A stretch of DNA of 64,000 bases from a virus. Taxonomy: Duplodnaviria; Caudoviricetes. The translations under genes were made by a program, and so were the position numbers. Under the pieces are notes generated by a model that saw nothing but the letters and a program-made list of their open reading frames with translations, had not been told where the DNA came from and did no database searches. The DNA lies in IMG/VR virus record IMGVR_UViG_3300029288_007060, positions 94,008 to 158,007 of that record; one strand, given 5' to 3'. Position 1 is the stretch's first letter; each line of letters begins with the position of its first letter. Below are positions 1 to 10,643 of this stretch, piece after piece.

Positions 1-1157
1 GGGATATTGATTTTTGTTAATCCCTCGCCATCCACATCTACGCTCCATCTGCTGTGTTCTTTTGCATTATTAGAGACTTTTTCGGTAGAAAAATCCACAT
101 CCGACGACTCTTTTCTTGAATTAATCTCATAATGGTATTTAATAGACCTTCTTAAATAACTATACATTCTTCTCAGACTCTGAGAGCTATTATTTCCTGT
201 ATTAAAATCATTATCGGGTATCTGAATTTTATTTCTATTTATATCTAGTATATTGCCATAAATATCTACAACAGTTCCCTCTACCTTTTCAATCAGATGA
301 TTAAAATTCCTAGGGTTTAAATCAAGGATATCAGTTCTTCTATTTTCCCTAAACGAAGGATCGGTAGATATATTAGGTTGGTCTGTATTATTTTCTCTAA
401 CCAAGGTGGAAGCCTCGGATTCATTTTTCAAATCTCTGACGCCAAAACTATCTGCAAACTCGTACGTCAAATTTCTTTTTTCTACCAATGCAGGGTTTCT
501 GATAGTTAACTTTGATATCTGATTGCTTCTGAGACTTACTTCCTGTTCACTTAATCTTCCTATATCTGCTAACAACGAATCATAAGCCTCACCACTTAAG
601 AAATTAACAGTAGATGTATCGTTAGGATCTTCGTATTCGCTTTTGTCTCTCCTTATAACCCCTTCTATATTTCTGCCTGCTTCTGTGAATCTATAAATGT
701 TGTTGGTGCGAAGAAAAAGGGCCTTAGAAAACTTGGAAAGTTCCAAATCTGTTTCTAATTCTCCCGCACCAGACTCGAAAGCTATATTTCCATTTTTAGA
801 AAAATAGATAGCTGAATTTAAAGGTCCTTTTAAATATATTTCTCCGCTCGAAACATCTGGATATGAAGATGTATCAACCGAGCTATCAAGAACGCCGCTT
901 TGTGAAAAATAATAACTTCTCTCAGGAACAACTGACACTATATAAGCTTGTTCCTGTGGAGCCATAGCTATTAATACACGAGTATTTTTCTTAATGCCTA
1001 CAAAAATACCTCCTCCTACACCTGCGTGAGGGTGGGGTATAGGACAACGAATATTATGCTCGCCTTCTCTATCGATGAACATACATTCAACTTGTGTTTT
1101 AAACACGTTGACCACTATAGCTAATCTTACGGCATATCCGCCGGGAACTCTACTCAT
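1..1157 (-). CDS. Baseplate spike / gp5-gpV-like protein, truncated at window edge; not in the supplied ORF track
   Basis: Hand-translated: ATG at 1157 overlaps the hub stop (ATGAGTAG) and gives MSRVPGGYAVRLAIVVNVFKTQVEC...PIPHPHAGVGGGIFVGIKKNTRVLIAM, open to the edge. The N-terminus resembles a spike OB-fold and the gene follows the hub. Confidence 0.6.
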   Translation of the reverse strand, partial: MSRVPGGYAVRLAIVVNVFKTQVECMFIDREGEHNIRCPIPHPHAGVGGGIFVGIKKNTRVLIAMAPQEQAYIVSVVPERSYYFSQSGVLDSSVDTSSYPDVSSGEIYLKGPLNSAIYFSKNGNIAFESGAGELETDLELSKFSKALFLRTNNIYRFTEAGRNIEGVIRRDKSEYEDPNDTSTVNFLSGEAYDSLLADIGRLSEQEVSLRSNQISKLTIRNPALVEKRNLTYEFADSFGVRDLKNESEASTLVRENNTDQPNISTDPSFRENRRTDILDLNPRNFNHLIEKVEGTVVDIYGNILDINRNKIQIPDNDFNTGNNSSQSLRRMYSYLRRSIKYHYEINSRKESSDVDFSTEKVSNNAKEHSRWSVDVDGEGLTKINI

Positions 1158-4100
1158 TTTCTTGGTCCTTAAATATCAACACTATTTCAATTATATTTTC
1201 AATTTTGCTGGTATCTTGTCCTATAAGATTAAACACCTCTTCTTTTGGAGCTCTAAGAGAGTTGTTTGTTTCTTTTAAACTATCTGCCGTTATCAATATT
1301 GGCTCACTTAAACTACCTATTTGATTTGCTTGCAATGACATGTAAATATATTTTTCAGAAATCTTGGCAAATTTATCATTGTCTTGATCATATTTTCCAG
1401 TAGGGGCGGACAAAAATTTCTTAACCGCTGCTATTCTCTTTTCAACTTTTGGCTTGTTGTCTTCATCAACTAAAAATCCTCTAACCTCTACTTTGGGATA
1501 AGAATCAGAAGAATTGTCTGTTATGTGTGCCGAGGAAATAGATAATGCGTTTTTAAATTCATTTATATTATAATTAGCCATATCTCCAGAAAGCATAGAA
1601 ATTCTTTCGTCATCGGATTCTTTGGAAGGAAATATGATAGACGCGAGATGTCGGCCCAAACTAAAGCCTGCTGTTTGTCTGGAAGTGGTTATTTTATTAA
1701 ATACTCTTTGCGTTTTTATTAGACCCTTTCCTATCACATCGAGTGGCGTAGGAATATACTCCCCTAGTGGATGTCCATATTCTAATGTTAGCGTGGTGGT
1801 AAAAGAACCCCCATATGAAAAATTATGAGAAACAGAGCTTACATAAAATAATGTGTCTCTAGAATTAATATATACAACATCCCCTAGTTGATAGTATTCA
1901 TTACCATATAACGTCAAACTTCCCCTGACTGCTTTTTTTCTATTTTGATTAAGAAGCATTAATGCATATGGAGCACATTGAGTCTCGGCATCTTTAAAAT
2001 AAGGCCTGCTAATTCCGCCATCAGATTTATATCCGTATTGTCTCCACAAATCAAAATCTGTGGCTCCCGCCCACAAAACAGGGATTTGTCCAATACTTCC
2101 TGGACCCTCCCCTATTAAATCTTGTTCTCCATTAACATCAACTCTACATATAACATTTTCGCAACTTTCTGTAAAATTAGAATGTATTATTTGATCATCA
2201 TATATTATAAAGCGTTTTGCCGAATTTGGTCCGAGAAAATCATTATAGTCGTCTTCTATTAAATCTGAAAATTGACTAAGCATATCTGGAACAGAAATAT
2301 TTCCCATATTTGCAGGAACGGTAGTTTCATATTTTCCTGCTTGTTTTAATAGTTTTTGGTTGCAGTCTTCTAATTTTTGTCTTCTGCTGATTAATTGTGC
2401 CAGCTTATTCGTGTGGTGGTATCTGTTCACAAACATGTTTGGATAATGCGAATCATTTATAGACTTTATCTCTTCTGCAACTTTTAATATAGATTCTTCT
2501 GATTCTGTATCTACCGACTGACCACCAACTTTTGAAACTAAACTTTTTCTATTTAATAAAACAATGCTGGCCAAATCTTCTGCAAGAGACGAATTGAAGT
2601 TGGTGGTGAGTTTAATGATTTCTTCACTACCGACCGCCCCGATAATCGTAGAAATATCTTCAACCGAGCCCAGAAGGGCAGATTCTATTTTGATATTCAA
2701 ATCAACTATATCTAACTCATCTTGTACATTTTTGCTTCTCGATTTAAATAACTGAATTAAAAATGAAGGATATAGCTTTTTGCCCTCTCTCTTATCTAAT
2801 AAAAACATTTTTAGAAGCAATGATAATGGAACTTTGTTGTATCTGGGTGGCCTAAATTGAATGTGACCATGATTATCGCAAAAAAACTCAAAATCCAAAG
2901 TTTTTGCCACCAAAGAACATATATCTCTTGGGCTTTTATACTGGCTATTCCATAAGTCAATTTTTTGGGACATATTAGCAACAAACGCTCTTATATCCAA
3001 GTCTTTATCATATTCTTCTCCAACAATAAATAAATTCGAATCTACATTAAACTTACAGTCATATTGTGGTCTGAATTGTAATATTGTGTTTCTGAATCCC
3101 AATTTTTTATATTTTTCTTTCATATTCTCACTGTCTGATTCTGTTGATGCACCACCAAAATCAAGAGCAAAATCTGTTCCGTATATTCTCAATCCCACCC
3201 CAGTCGTTTTGGCCTTATCTTTCCATTTAGACGATTCTTTATTAATTTCATCTTTGATATCACTAATTCTGGACGAAAGACTAAATTTGATACTTCTAAG
3301 GTCCTCGCTATCTTCGAATTTATCATTAGATAATGCCAATTGTTGATCTTGAAGAGAAGCTAACTGCTCTCTAAGAGAATTTAAGTTGTTTGATATTCCT
3401 TGTAAATCAGTCCTATTCGCCAAGCGCTCATGAGTTGCGCGAGGGTCGGTATGAATAGACGTAAACGGCTGAAAATTTCCTAATGTTCTATTTTGAGAGC
3501 GCTGTATATCAAAAAACGAGTGAAAATAACTCTCTGGAGAATTCGATTGAACACTATTATGAAATGTTCCAAATGACATAGAGTTTTCATAAAAAGACTC
3601 ATAATTGTGGGGGTATCCCGTTACTAAAGAACTAACTATATCGGCAGCATCTTGACCAGCGAAAGGGTCGCTAATTACTGTAATCCCCATCTCTCTACGG
3701 AGCTTTTGTGTCTGGTCCTCTTGATTTCCAAGAGCAGTTTTGAGGTTTACATTTCGGGTTGCGGCTATAATTCCTTGCTTCCATTTATAAACAATTCCTG
3801 GAGCATGTTTATATTGCATAATGGATGTACCGTCTCCATTGGTTAAATAATCTTGAACAAAATTATTCTTTTCGTCAAACTTTTCTCCAACATAAGACCC
3901 GTTGTTAAAATTAATTATTTTAGCATTCACTCTGTCTTGATTGTCCTGATTTAGTTCAGGCTCATCGTCAACTAGGCCGGTTGCTTCACTAACCTTAATA
4001 TCAAATGGGGTCAGAGGGTCTTCCAATAGCCCTTGAGTTTGGTCTAAACTTGGAGCAACATTCACCCTAGATTGTTCCAGCCACTGCATATTACTACAAC

Positions 4101-5802
4101 CAGACGCCCTTGTTGTATAAACGCCACTGTCGGCACTGTAATCTTCTGATACCGTCTGAATTATTCCACCAAAAACATGGGTTCCGGCATTTCTCATTAG
4201 GCTGTCTGTTCGCAGAGTTCTATATATTTCCACGGGTATATCCAAATTATCAATACCCATTATTTTCATTTCCTCTTCCAATAAAGCATCGGATGTGTCT
4301 TGATTCTGATTAACGAAATTTTTTATAAATAGCGAGTTATTTAGAAGCGTGCTCAGCGGACCAACCAACTCATTTTGTTTAAATGTATTTCCCCTAATAT
4401 AGACATTAACAGAGTCCATAGGCTGAACTATTGATTTTCCAAGATAATGCACTCTTAAATTTCTCCTAGCGTGCTCGACATCAGGTTTTTTATTACTAAT
4501 TATGTAATTTTTATTTACCTCCATAATGGCGGAAGCGTATCTTTCTAGTAAATCAAAAATGGCGGTAATTTTGCTATTTTCGTCCGTGGTTGTTTGTTGC
4601 TCCGGTGGCAGTTGTAATAAGGATATTAAAAAATTATTTTTATTGAAAGCCACCCCGTCACCTATACTTGCGGTAATTTTATTTGATGCCGTAGATGAAG
4701 GGTTAACTTCGAAAATTATCTCCGTATTATCCGTATTGCTGAGCGCTCCTATAGAATTCGGACCAGTTGACCATGCATTGAAAATACGATTTTTTCTCAT
4801 ATGAGCAAGCTCTCGTTCAAGCTCTTTGGCTGATTCCAATAACATTTGAGGACTTGCATACATATTTTCTGTTTGCCAAGGATCAGATGCTATTTCCATA
4901 TTAGCGGCAGCCAAAGCGTATTCAATTTCGTCGGTGGTTATTTTAGATAGATTATATGGATCTTGCATAGTAAAGTCAATATTTCCAACCGACCCGTCTA
5001 GAGATAATGATGTGCTTAACTCATTCACAAGTGTTAACTCTATAACGCCATTTCCTCGGCCAACAGAAAAAATATCTGGTTGATTTGTTTCCACCGTCCA
5101 AGTTGTCTGCGTCGCGTGTCTCAAATTACTCGATTTGTATTTTAATTCTTCTAATGCAACCACCCATGAAGACAACAACTCAGAGTCTGATTTTGATTGG
5201 TCTAATAATTTTTTGTATTCGGCTATGACTTCTGGCTGACTAATCGAAGAATGCAAAACCGCAAGAGCAGAGTCAGATATTATTCCAATCTTCTCATTGT
5301 ACTCCTGCAAGAAAGCTATACATGCCGATATTCTATCTGAATCTAGGTCTGCTTCCTCATTTAACAGTCTGCCAGCCTTGGACAATGCTTCATAAGCGGC
5401 GAGCTGCTGGCATTTTTTTTCAAATAATATTTTTGTTGCTCTAAGAAATAATTTTTCTCCACTGTCTAAAAATTTTAAGTCGTTCTCATTTCTCAAAGAA
5501 CGAAAAGCTCTTTTCTTAATATAGACTGTTAAGATTGGTTCCTGAGAAGTTATCGTTCTTTGTTGTATATCGTCCACATTATCAATACTCGAACCAATAA
5601 AAGCTGTCCCTGGAACATTTGTGAATCCCGTATCAACATGCACATTTTCCTTTGGTGCCATAGGTGGCCGCGTAGCACGGAGAGATGTAAACGCATTAGA
5701 AAGCCCATTTTTTATAGACGTATATTGCTGATTAAAGTTACTAATCACATTATCATAACTGTTTTGTCTAAGTCCAGTATCACTTCCAAAAATAATAGCC
5801 AT
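1150..5802 (-). CDS. Large baseplate hub protein (gp27/gpD-like, 1550 aa)
   Basis: Hub-type motifs LDFEFFCDNHGHIQFRPP and GSLTLYGNEYYQLGDVVYI...YVSSVSHNFSYGGSFTTTLTLEYG; lies two genes after the tape measure. Confidence 0.7.
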   Translation of the reverse strand: MAIIFGSDTGLRQNSYDNVISNFNQQYTSIKNGLSNAFTSLRATRPPMAPKENVHVDTGFTNVPGTAFIGSSIDNVDDIQQRTITSQEPILTVYIKKRAFRSLRNENDLKFLDSGEKLFLRATKILFEKKCQQLAAYEALSKAGRLLNEEADLDSDRISACIAFLQEYNEKIGIISDSALAVLHSSISQPEVIAEYKKLLDQSKSDSELLSSWVVALEELKYKSSNLRHATQTTWTVETNQPDIFSVGRGNGVIELTLVNELSTSLSLDGSVGNIDFTMQDPYNLSKITTDEIEYALAAANMEIASDPWQTENMYASPQMLLESAKELERELAHMRKNRIFNAWSTGPNSIGALSNTDNTEIIFEVNPSSTASNKITASIGDGVAFNKNNFLISLLQLPPEQQTTTDENSKITAIFDLLERYASAIMEVNKNYIISNKKPDVEHARRNLRVHYLGKSIVQPMDSVNVYIRGNTFKQNELVGPLSTLLNNSLFIKNFVNQNQDTSDALLEEEMKIMGIDNLDIPVEIYRTLRTDSLMRNAGTHVFGGIIQTVSEDYSADSGVYTTRASGCSNMQWLEQSRVNVAPSLDQTQGLLEDPLTPFDIKVSEATGLVDDEPELNQDNQDRVNAKIINFNNGSYVGEKFDEKNNFVQDYLTNGDGTSIMQYKHAPGIVYKWKQGIIAATRNVNLKTALGNQEDQTQKLRREMGITVISDPFAGQDAADIVSSLVTGYPHNYESFYENSMSFGTFHNSVQSNSPESYFHSFFDIQRSQNRTLGNFQPFTSIHTDPRATHERLANRTDLQGISNNLNSLREQLASLQDQQLALSNDKFEDSEDLRSIKFSLSSRISDIKDEINKESSKWKDKAKTTGVGLRIYGTDFALDFGGASTESDSENMKEKYKKLGFRNTILQFRPQYDCKFNVDSNLFIVGEEYDKDLDIRAFVANMSQKIDLWNSQYKSPRDICSLVAKTLDFEFFCDNHGHIQFRPPRYNKVPLSLLLKMFLLDKREGKKLYPSFLIQLFKSRSKNVQDELDIVDLNIKIESALLGSVEDISTIIGAVGSEEIIKLTTNFNSSLAEDLASIVLLNRKSLVSKVGGQSVDTESEESILKVAEEIKSINDSHYPNMFVNRYHHTNKLAQLISRRQKLEDCNQKLLKQAGKYETTVPANMGNISVPDMLSQFSDLIEDDYNDFLGPNSAKRFIIYDDQIIHSNFTESCENVICRVDVNGEQDLIGEGPGSIGQIPVLWAGATDFDLWRQYGYKSDGGISRPYFKDAETQCAPYALMLLNQNRKKAVRGSLTLYGNEYYQLGDVVYINSRDTLFYVSSVSHNFSYGGSFTTTLTLEYGHPLGEYIPTPLDVIGKGLIKTQRVFNKITTSRQTAGFSLGRHLASIIFPSKESDDERISMLSGDMANYNINEFKNALSISSAHITDNSSDSYPKVEVRGFLVDEDNKPKVEKRIAAVKKFLSAPTGKYDQDNDKFAKISEKYIYMSLQANQIGSLSEPILITADSLKETNNSLRAPKEEVFNLIGQDTSKIENIIEIVLIFKDQENE

Positions 5803-5824
5803 TATTTACTTCCAATTTTTATAT

Positions 5825-6691
5825 TTATCCGTTATTAATTCCAAAGGTAGAAGACAAACTATTTCCACCATATGATAGTGGAGCCGATTCCGGATGTCTA
5901 AAATCTACATTATTCTGTTGCGGGCTAAGGCCAAATAATCCTCTAATTGCGTTCCCCGCACTAGATGCCATAGCATTAACAAATTGGCCCGTGACATCAT
6001 CTGCTATCGGGTCTTTATGCCAAGCCATAAAATTAACTCTTTTGCCTCTTGTTTCTGTTACCATAAATTCTATATTGTATTGAAATAATCCCAAACGATT
6101 TACATCTTCGGTGGTAGTCATGGATGTAAAAAATCCGCGGTATTCTATTCCTTGATAAAATAAAGTAATTCCTAAGGCCAAAGATGCTAAAGAAGGCCTT
6201 AATATAAAATTATTGTTTCTTAATTGCTCTGCCATAACTGGAACTATAGCGTCTCCCAAAGAAGCATCCTGTAGCGTCGTTTGTTGCAAAGCATTCAATA
6301 ACTCGTTTGTTTGGCTCGCGGCAACAACCTCAAAAATTCTATTCTCAGACCTATACACATCTCTTAGTACATTTATTCCTTTGACCCCGGCAGAGCCTGT
6401 TGTTCCATTAAGAGTTAGTCTTGTAAGATTATCTCCCCAATATTGCACAACAAAACCACCCTTTGTACGAGTTTGCTGTATTTGTTTGCTCTCAGCAACC
6501 ACAAAGTTTTCTGGGTTGATGTACATTTGTACGCTTGTTCCATTTGGAAGAAGCCAGGTCATAATTTGTTTGTCGCGATTTGTGATACCGGCGCCGAGGC
6601 GAGTATTTGGAAGGTCGGATGTAGCACTAAGAACATCACCCAAATTTTTGACTGCATCTACACGAAAATCATCAAAGTTTTTATATGCCAT
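5825..6691 (-). CDS. Tail tube initiator / baseplate-tube junction protein
   Basis: Tube-initiator pattern VQMYINPENF...QTRTKGGFVVQYWGDNLTRLTLNGTTG and YRGFFTSMT...FQYNIEFMV; lies between tape measure and hub. Confidence 0.65.
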   Translation of the reverse strand: MAYKNFDDFRVDAVKNLGDVLSATSDLPNTRLGAGITNRDKQIMTWLLPNGTSVQMYINPENFVVAESKQIQQTRTKGGFVVQYWGDNLTRLTLNGTTGSAGVKGINVLRDVYRSENRIFEVVAASQTNELLNALQQTTLQDASLGDAIVPVMAEQLRNNNFILRPSLASLALGITLFYQGIEYRGFFTSMTTTEDVNRLGLFQYNIEFMVTETRGKRVNFMAWHKDPIADDVTGQFVNAMASSAGNAIRGLFGLSPQQNNVDFRHPESAPLSYGGNSLSSTFGINNG

Positions 6692-6703
6692 AAAGTACCT
6701 CTA

Positions 6704-8866
6704 TTATTTTCCTGGATGTGCCTTAGATATTGCGGCATCTGCATATTTTTGTATCATGTCTCCTAGAAATATCTTAATCGTCCCATCTTGTGCGCTGGCT
6801 TTAAGGTGAACATCTGCAATAACATCAATATTTTTGGTTATTTTTTGATTAGTAAAAGACTCCGATGTGGTGTTGTGAGTTTCTCTTATATTTTTTACGT
6901 TTTCGATATTTTCCTTGGTTGGTAGAATTGGCGCAAGCGCAGTAGTAATTTGACCCCTTGCATTTTCCTCATTATTCATCTGTTTCCTAACATTGGCCGG
7001 GGACATAGCTTTGGTATTATGAGTGTCATTTCGTATCCTGGCGGCTAATCGTTCGCCAGCCTTCAAAGAGGCGGCATTTAATTTGGCTAGTTCCAAGGCT
7101 TGTTTATTTTCATCAGGCTCTTCGGACACCTTTTCTCTTATACGATTCCTTTTCGTTCGCTCCTCTCTTTTTTGCCCAAGCATCCCCATTATTTCATTAG
7201 CATAACTCATTATATTGGTTCCGCTTTTTGGGTCGGCAGCAGCTTTTTTTAAAATATTTTCCATGTTTTGAGCAAAATCTGACAGCCCCAAATCTTCCGC
7301 CAAGTCACCAATCGCGTCTACTATTTTATCTCCATTGTTTATTGTGGCCTGTTTAATTAGACTAAGATTTTTGTCCATAATGCTTTGGGTTGATTCTTGT
7401 GTTCGTTGGCCAGAACCTAACAGCTCGTCCAATTTAGAAGCAGTATTATTCCCGACATCGAGACCGCTCTTATCTATATTTTGCAACATCGCAAGAGTTT
7501 TATTTGCTGTCGCTTGGTCTATATTCATTGTTTGCATTAATAATTGTCTCTGTATAACAAAATTATTAAGTAGGGCCGGATCTGTACGAGCTTCTTCTCG
7601 TGTCAAAATCTTTTCTCCACCGCCAAACTGTTTTAATGTTTGAATAAGACTTTCGCTTACTTTCTTCATACCTTCCGGGCCCTCTTCTAATGCGGCTTCT
7701 ATATCCAGACCCGCACCCAGAGCACCTTTTGCTGCACCACCGGGTGCTTGCATTCCCAACAAAGCCCTGGTTCCAAAAGCCATCCCCTCGAGCCCTCTAA
7801 CAAACGATCGTAGCAATTGCGGGGTTAGTCCCTTTTGTCCTGTCCCGGAAAGACTATCCGCAAAAGCTTTATACAATGGGGTGACTGAAGATACAGTTCC
7901 GCCCCACATTTTTAACATGTCTGTTGCCCCCATAATAGATTCGCCAACTTTTTCGAATCCAAGACCAGAGCCTTTAGTTGCCCAACTTATTCTTCCGAAA
8001 TTTAAAATTGCTTCTGTTTGAGAGGCGCCTAACTCCGTCATAGCTTTTGATAACCACCCAGCAGTTGTGGCCGCATCTGTATTTGTTGCTGCGGAGACCA
8101 GGATAGCCGCGTTAGCAGATGTAACGGGCCCTTTCAGGCCGGTCATACTGCTGGTTAAACTTCCTATATTCTTAACTTGGTCTTCTACAGAAACCAAATT
8201 TTTAAATGCCTTCTGGACGCTTACTAGCTGTTCTGGCGTAGCTCTTATTGTTTGCAGGGATTCCGTATACCGCATTTTAAATTCTTCAATGTCTTTTTGT
8301 GCTTCCTCAAAAGTGGTTCCAAAACTCATCCCGGCCTGTAATACGTCTTTATTAAAATTCATCAGTTCTTGTTCTACTTCTACCATACCGCTAGACAATC
8401 TATTTAATTCGTTTGTCATAGATTGTTGCATTTTTGCAGCAGCAAGAGGAATTGATGCGCCAAGAACTTTTCCCAAGTCTTGTGTAACTTTTTTACTATT
8501 ATTGAGAGCAAACACAATAGAACTTTCTACAGCGCCAAAGACAGTCCCGGCAGCAGAGGCAAATGATTTAAAACCAGACATAAGCGAAGAAATTTTCTTT
8601 TCGCCCTCTGCGGCCGTTATTGCTCCGGCCTTGACTTGCTGTTCAACACCTACCATCTGGGCTTTCAATCCGTCCCAGGCACGGGTCGCTGCTTCAATGC
8701 CCTTCACTGTGCTGTCAGTAAAAGAGCCTTGGGCTCCTTGAGCCCCCTTTAAAGCGACCGCCACGCCATTTATTTTATCTCTTTGGCTGTCCAAAGAACT
8801 AATGGCGTTGCTGGCATCTTGTGTGTCTTGAGATATAATATTAGTATCAGGAACTATTTCGGGCAT
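6704..8866 (-). CDS. Tail tape measure protein (720 aa)
   Basis: Ala/Gly/Leu-rich helical protein immediately downstream of the frameshifted chaperone pair. Confidence 0.75.
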   Translation of the reverse strand: MPEIVPDTNIISQDTQDASNAISSLDSQRDKINGVAVALKGAQGAQGSFTDSTVKGIEAATRAWDGLKAQMVGVEQQVKAGAITAAEGEKKISSLMSGFKSFASAAGTVFGAVESSIVFALNNSKKVTQDLGKVLGASIPLAAAKMQQSMTNELNRLSSGMVEVEQELMNFNKDVLQAGMSFGTTFEEAQKDIEEFKMRYTESLQTIRATPEQLVSVQKAFKNLVSVEDQVKNIGSLTSSMTGLKGPVTSANAAILVSAATNTDAATTAGWLSKAMTELGASQTEAILNFGRISWATKGSGLGFEKVGESIMGATDMLKMWGGTVSSVTPLYKAFADSLSGTGQKGLTPQLLRSFVRGLEGMAFGTRALLGMQAPGGAAKGALGAGLDIEAALEEGPEGMKKVSESLIQTLKQFGGGEKILTREEARTDPALLNNFVIQRQLLMQTMNIDQATANKTLAMLQNIDKSGLDVGNNTASKLDELLGSGQRTQESTQSIMDKNLSLIKQATINNGDKIVDAIGDLAEDLGLSDFAQNMENILKKAAADPKSGTNIMSYANEIMGMLGQKREERTKRNRIREKVSEEPDENKQALELAKLNAASLKAGERLAARIRNDTHNTKAMSPANVRKQMNNEENARGQITTALAPILPTKENIENVKNIRETHNTTSESFTNQKITKNIDVIADVHLKASAQDGTIKIFLGDMIQKYADAAISKAHPGK

Positions 8867-8867
8867 A

Positions 8868-9311
8868 TTATTTCTCCAAATCCATATTCAACCAGTCTTT
8901 ATAGCTTATTTCTTTCGGTACATCTGATTTTTTTATATTATTGTAATTATCTAATACCTTTCCTATATCAACCTTGTGCATCTCTTTTTCTTGTTGATTT
9001 TTAACAGACGGAAGCGACCTACCAAACATTTGCTCAATTCCACTTATAAATTGTTCGTCAGGAACTTCTACAGCCTGTTCTCTAGCTTCTTTAATTTTCC
9101 TTACAGCCTCAGGCTCTATAAAGCTAGCGTGATATTCCACCATATCCCTATTTTCTTCAAATTTCTCGTCTCTGTCTTTTATAAAATTATGATAGTACCA
9201 TAGCCATTGAGATGAGCTAATCTCTCTAAACATCTCGTGGTCTACTGGCACACCCCACATTTTACAGAGCTTCCATCGGAGCCTGTGCCAAGGCTCCTTT
9301 ATTAATTTTTT
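8868..9311 (-). CDS. Tail assembly chaperone, -1 frameshift extension (gpT-like)
   Basis: The -1 frame from the slippery site is open (KLIKEPWHRLRWKLCK) and runs into the 130-aa ORF MWGVPVD... Confidence 0.8.
   Translation of the reverse strand, partial: KKLIKEPWHRLRWKLCKMWGVPVDHEMFREISSSQWLWYYHNFIKDRDEKFEENRDMVEYHASFIEPEAVRKIKEAREQAVEVPDEQFISGIEQMFGRSLPSVKNQQEKEMHKVDIGKVLDNYNNIKKSDVPKEISYKDWLNMDLEK
9246..9311 (-). promoter_or_regulatory. Programmed -1 frameshift signal: slippery heptamer plus H-type pseudoknot
   Basis: A-AAA-AAT (9305-9311), 7-nt spacer, stem GGAGCCT/AGGCTCC (9278-9297); the loop TGGCAC is complementary to GTGCCA at 9246-9251. Confidence 0.8.
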
Positions 9312-9859
9312 ATTTTGTCGCCGTAAATTATTTCATCGGATTCCTTGATCATAGATTCATAGGCAGAGTATAGTCTTTCCACTAATGCAAGCTGCATCTG
9401 ATCAATCACGAATGATTTTTTCTCAAAATCGCTAAGCGCGCCCTCATTACAAAAAGATACTAATGGCGCTCCGTCTATAGTTCTTATGGCGTTGGCCAAA
9501 GTCAACACTCTTATATTAAATAAATTAGCAGATTCCCCTATTTTCATAAGGGCTAAAACTATATCGTTATTTTCTTTGTGGGTTAGTGTACTTAACTCAA
9601 ACTTATGCCCGGCGATATCAAACTCTTTTGTGAATTTTCCCATAAATATTAGGCTTTCGAGTTTCTTCTGAGATTCTGTATCTATGAAACGCGGAGCAAC
9701 CGGTTGGCCCTGTTCAGGCTCACTCTCAAACTCCGCTAATCTTTGGTCAACAGAGTCTTGCGTGCTAGAAAAATCCTCCACTACATAGTTTGTAGTTTGA
9801 GGAACAGTTGTGGGCACAGGGCTACCACCCCTCATATTTGAGTGAGTAATCTTAGTCAT
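9302..9859 (-). CDS. Tail assembly chaperone (gpG-like)
   Basis: Between tube and tape measure; AGGAG RBS; ends in A AAA AAT TAA. Confidence 0.8.
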   Translation of the reverse strand: MTKITHSNMRGGSPVPTTVPQTTNYVVEDFSSTQDSVDQRLAEFESEPEQGQPVAPRFIDTESQKKLESLIFMGKFTKEFDIAGHKFELSTLTHKENNDIVLALMKIGESANLFNIRVLTLANAIRTIDGAPLVSFCNEGALSDFEKKSFVIDQMQLALVERLYSAYESMIKESDEIIYGDKIKN

Positions 9860-9921
9860 GGTCTTTCTCCTTATGTAATTTGGATAAAAATGTGTGTCAA
9901 TGGAGGGAGCTTAAACTTACA

Positions 9922-9941
9922 GGGGCGTGCCAGGACGCCCC
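9922..9941 (-). terminator. GC-rich hairpin after the tube gene, no U-tract (stabiliser or weak terminator)
   Basis: 7-bp stem GGGGCGT/ACGCCCC about 10 nt after the stop codon. Confidence 0.45.
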
Positions 9942-9950
9942 CTTCATGCA

Positions 9951-10604
9951 TTATTTGTTAAATACCGAATTTACTAATCCGGCAACATCTAGTGAGCCTC
10001 TACGAGACCCACTATTAACTGAGTGTTCTATTGTGCTTGTGTCGGTCTGAGATTGCAATCCTCTAGCGCCACCGCTATTCGGAATATCAAACTCTCCTGT
10101 TGGCGATGAAATATATGCCGTTTCGCACCACATAGTCGCTTCTTCTGTAATAACATAATTATCAGCAGTATAGGGAGTGGAGTAAGTAGTGAACCAACAA
10201 TTTTTATATGTTGCTACGACTATTTCTGGCGCATTAGAAATATCTGTCCCCGGGGTTTTTACAGAGCTCATATCTAATATTTCTATATCAAATGGAAGTC
10301 TTTGGGCATTAATAAATCTAAACCCACGCAAAAACGCCTCTGGCAATCTTACCTGATCAAATACTATACGAGAGGCAGACAACTCAAAGGTGGTTGGGCC
10401 ATTCGGAACTATTTCTATAACACCGTCTGTTCCTACTTCCTTAATTCGTTCAAGCGGCCTATTTTGTGTTACTGTTAGTCTCTGTAATGCTCCAACAGCA
10501 GTGCCAGACACCTTTATTATAATCTGAGTAGATAACCCAGTATTTGGTGCCCGCACATTAACGGCCGATCCCGTATTCGGGAAGGTTTGTTCAATACCTG
10601 GCAT
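9951..10604 (-). CDS. Tail tube protein
   Basis: Directly after the sheath; IIIKVSGTAVGALQRLTVTQNRPLERIKEVG...YKNCWFTTYS...VITEEAT is a contractile-tail tube pattern. Confidence 0.85.
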   Translation of the reverse strand: MPGIEQTFPNTGSAVNVRAPNTGLSTQIIIKVSGTAVGALQRLTVTQNRPLERIKEVGTDGVIEIVPNGPTTFELSASRIVFDQVRLPEAFLRGFRFINAQRLPFDIEILDMSSVKTPGTDISNAPEIVVATYKNCWFTTYSTPYTADNYVITEEATMWCETAYISSPTGEFDIPNSGGARGLQSQTDTSTIEHSVNSGSRRGSLDVAGLVNSVFNK

Positions 10605-10643
10605 GTTTGTAATCTCCTATTATTTAATTTTCAAATCTTTATA

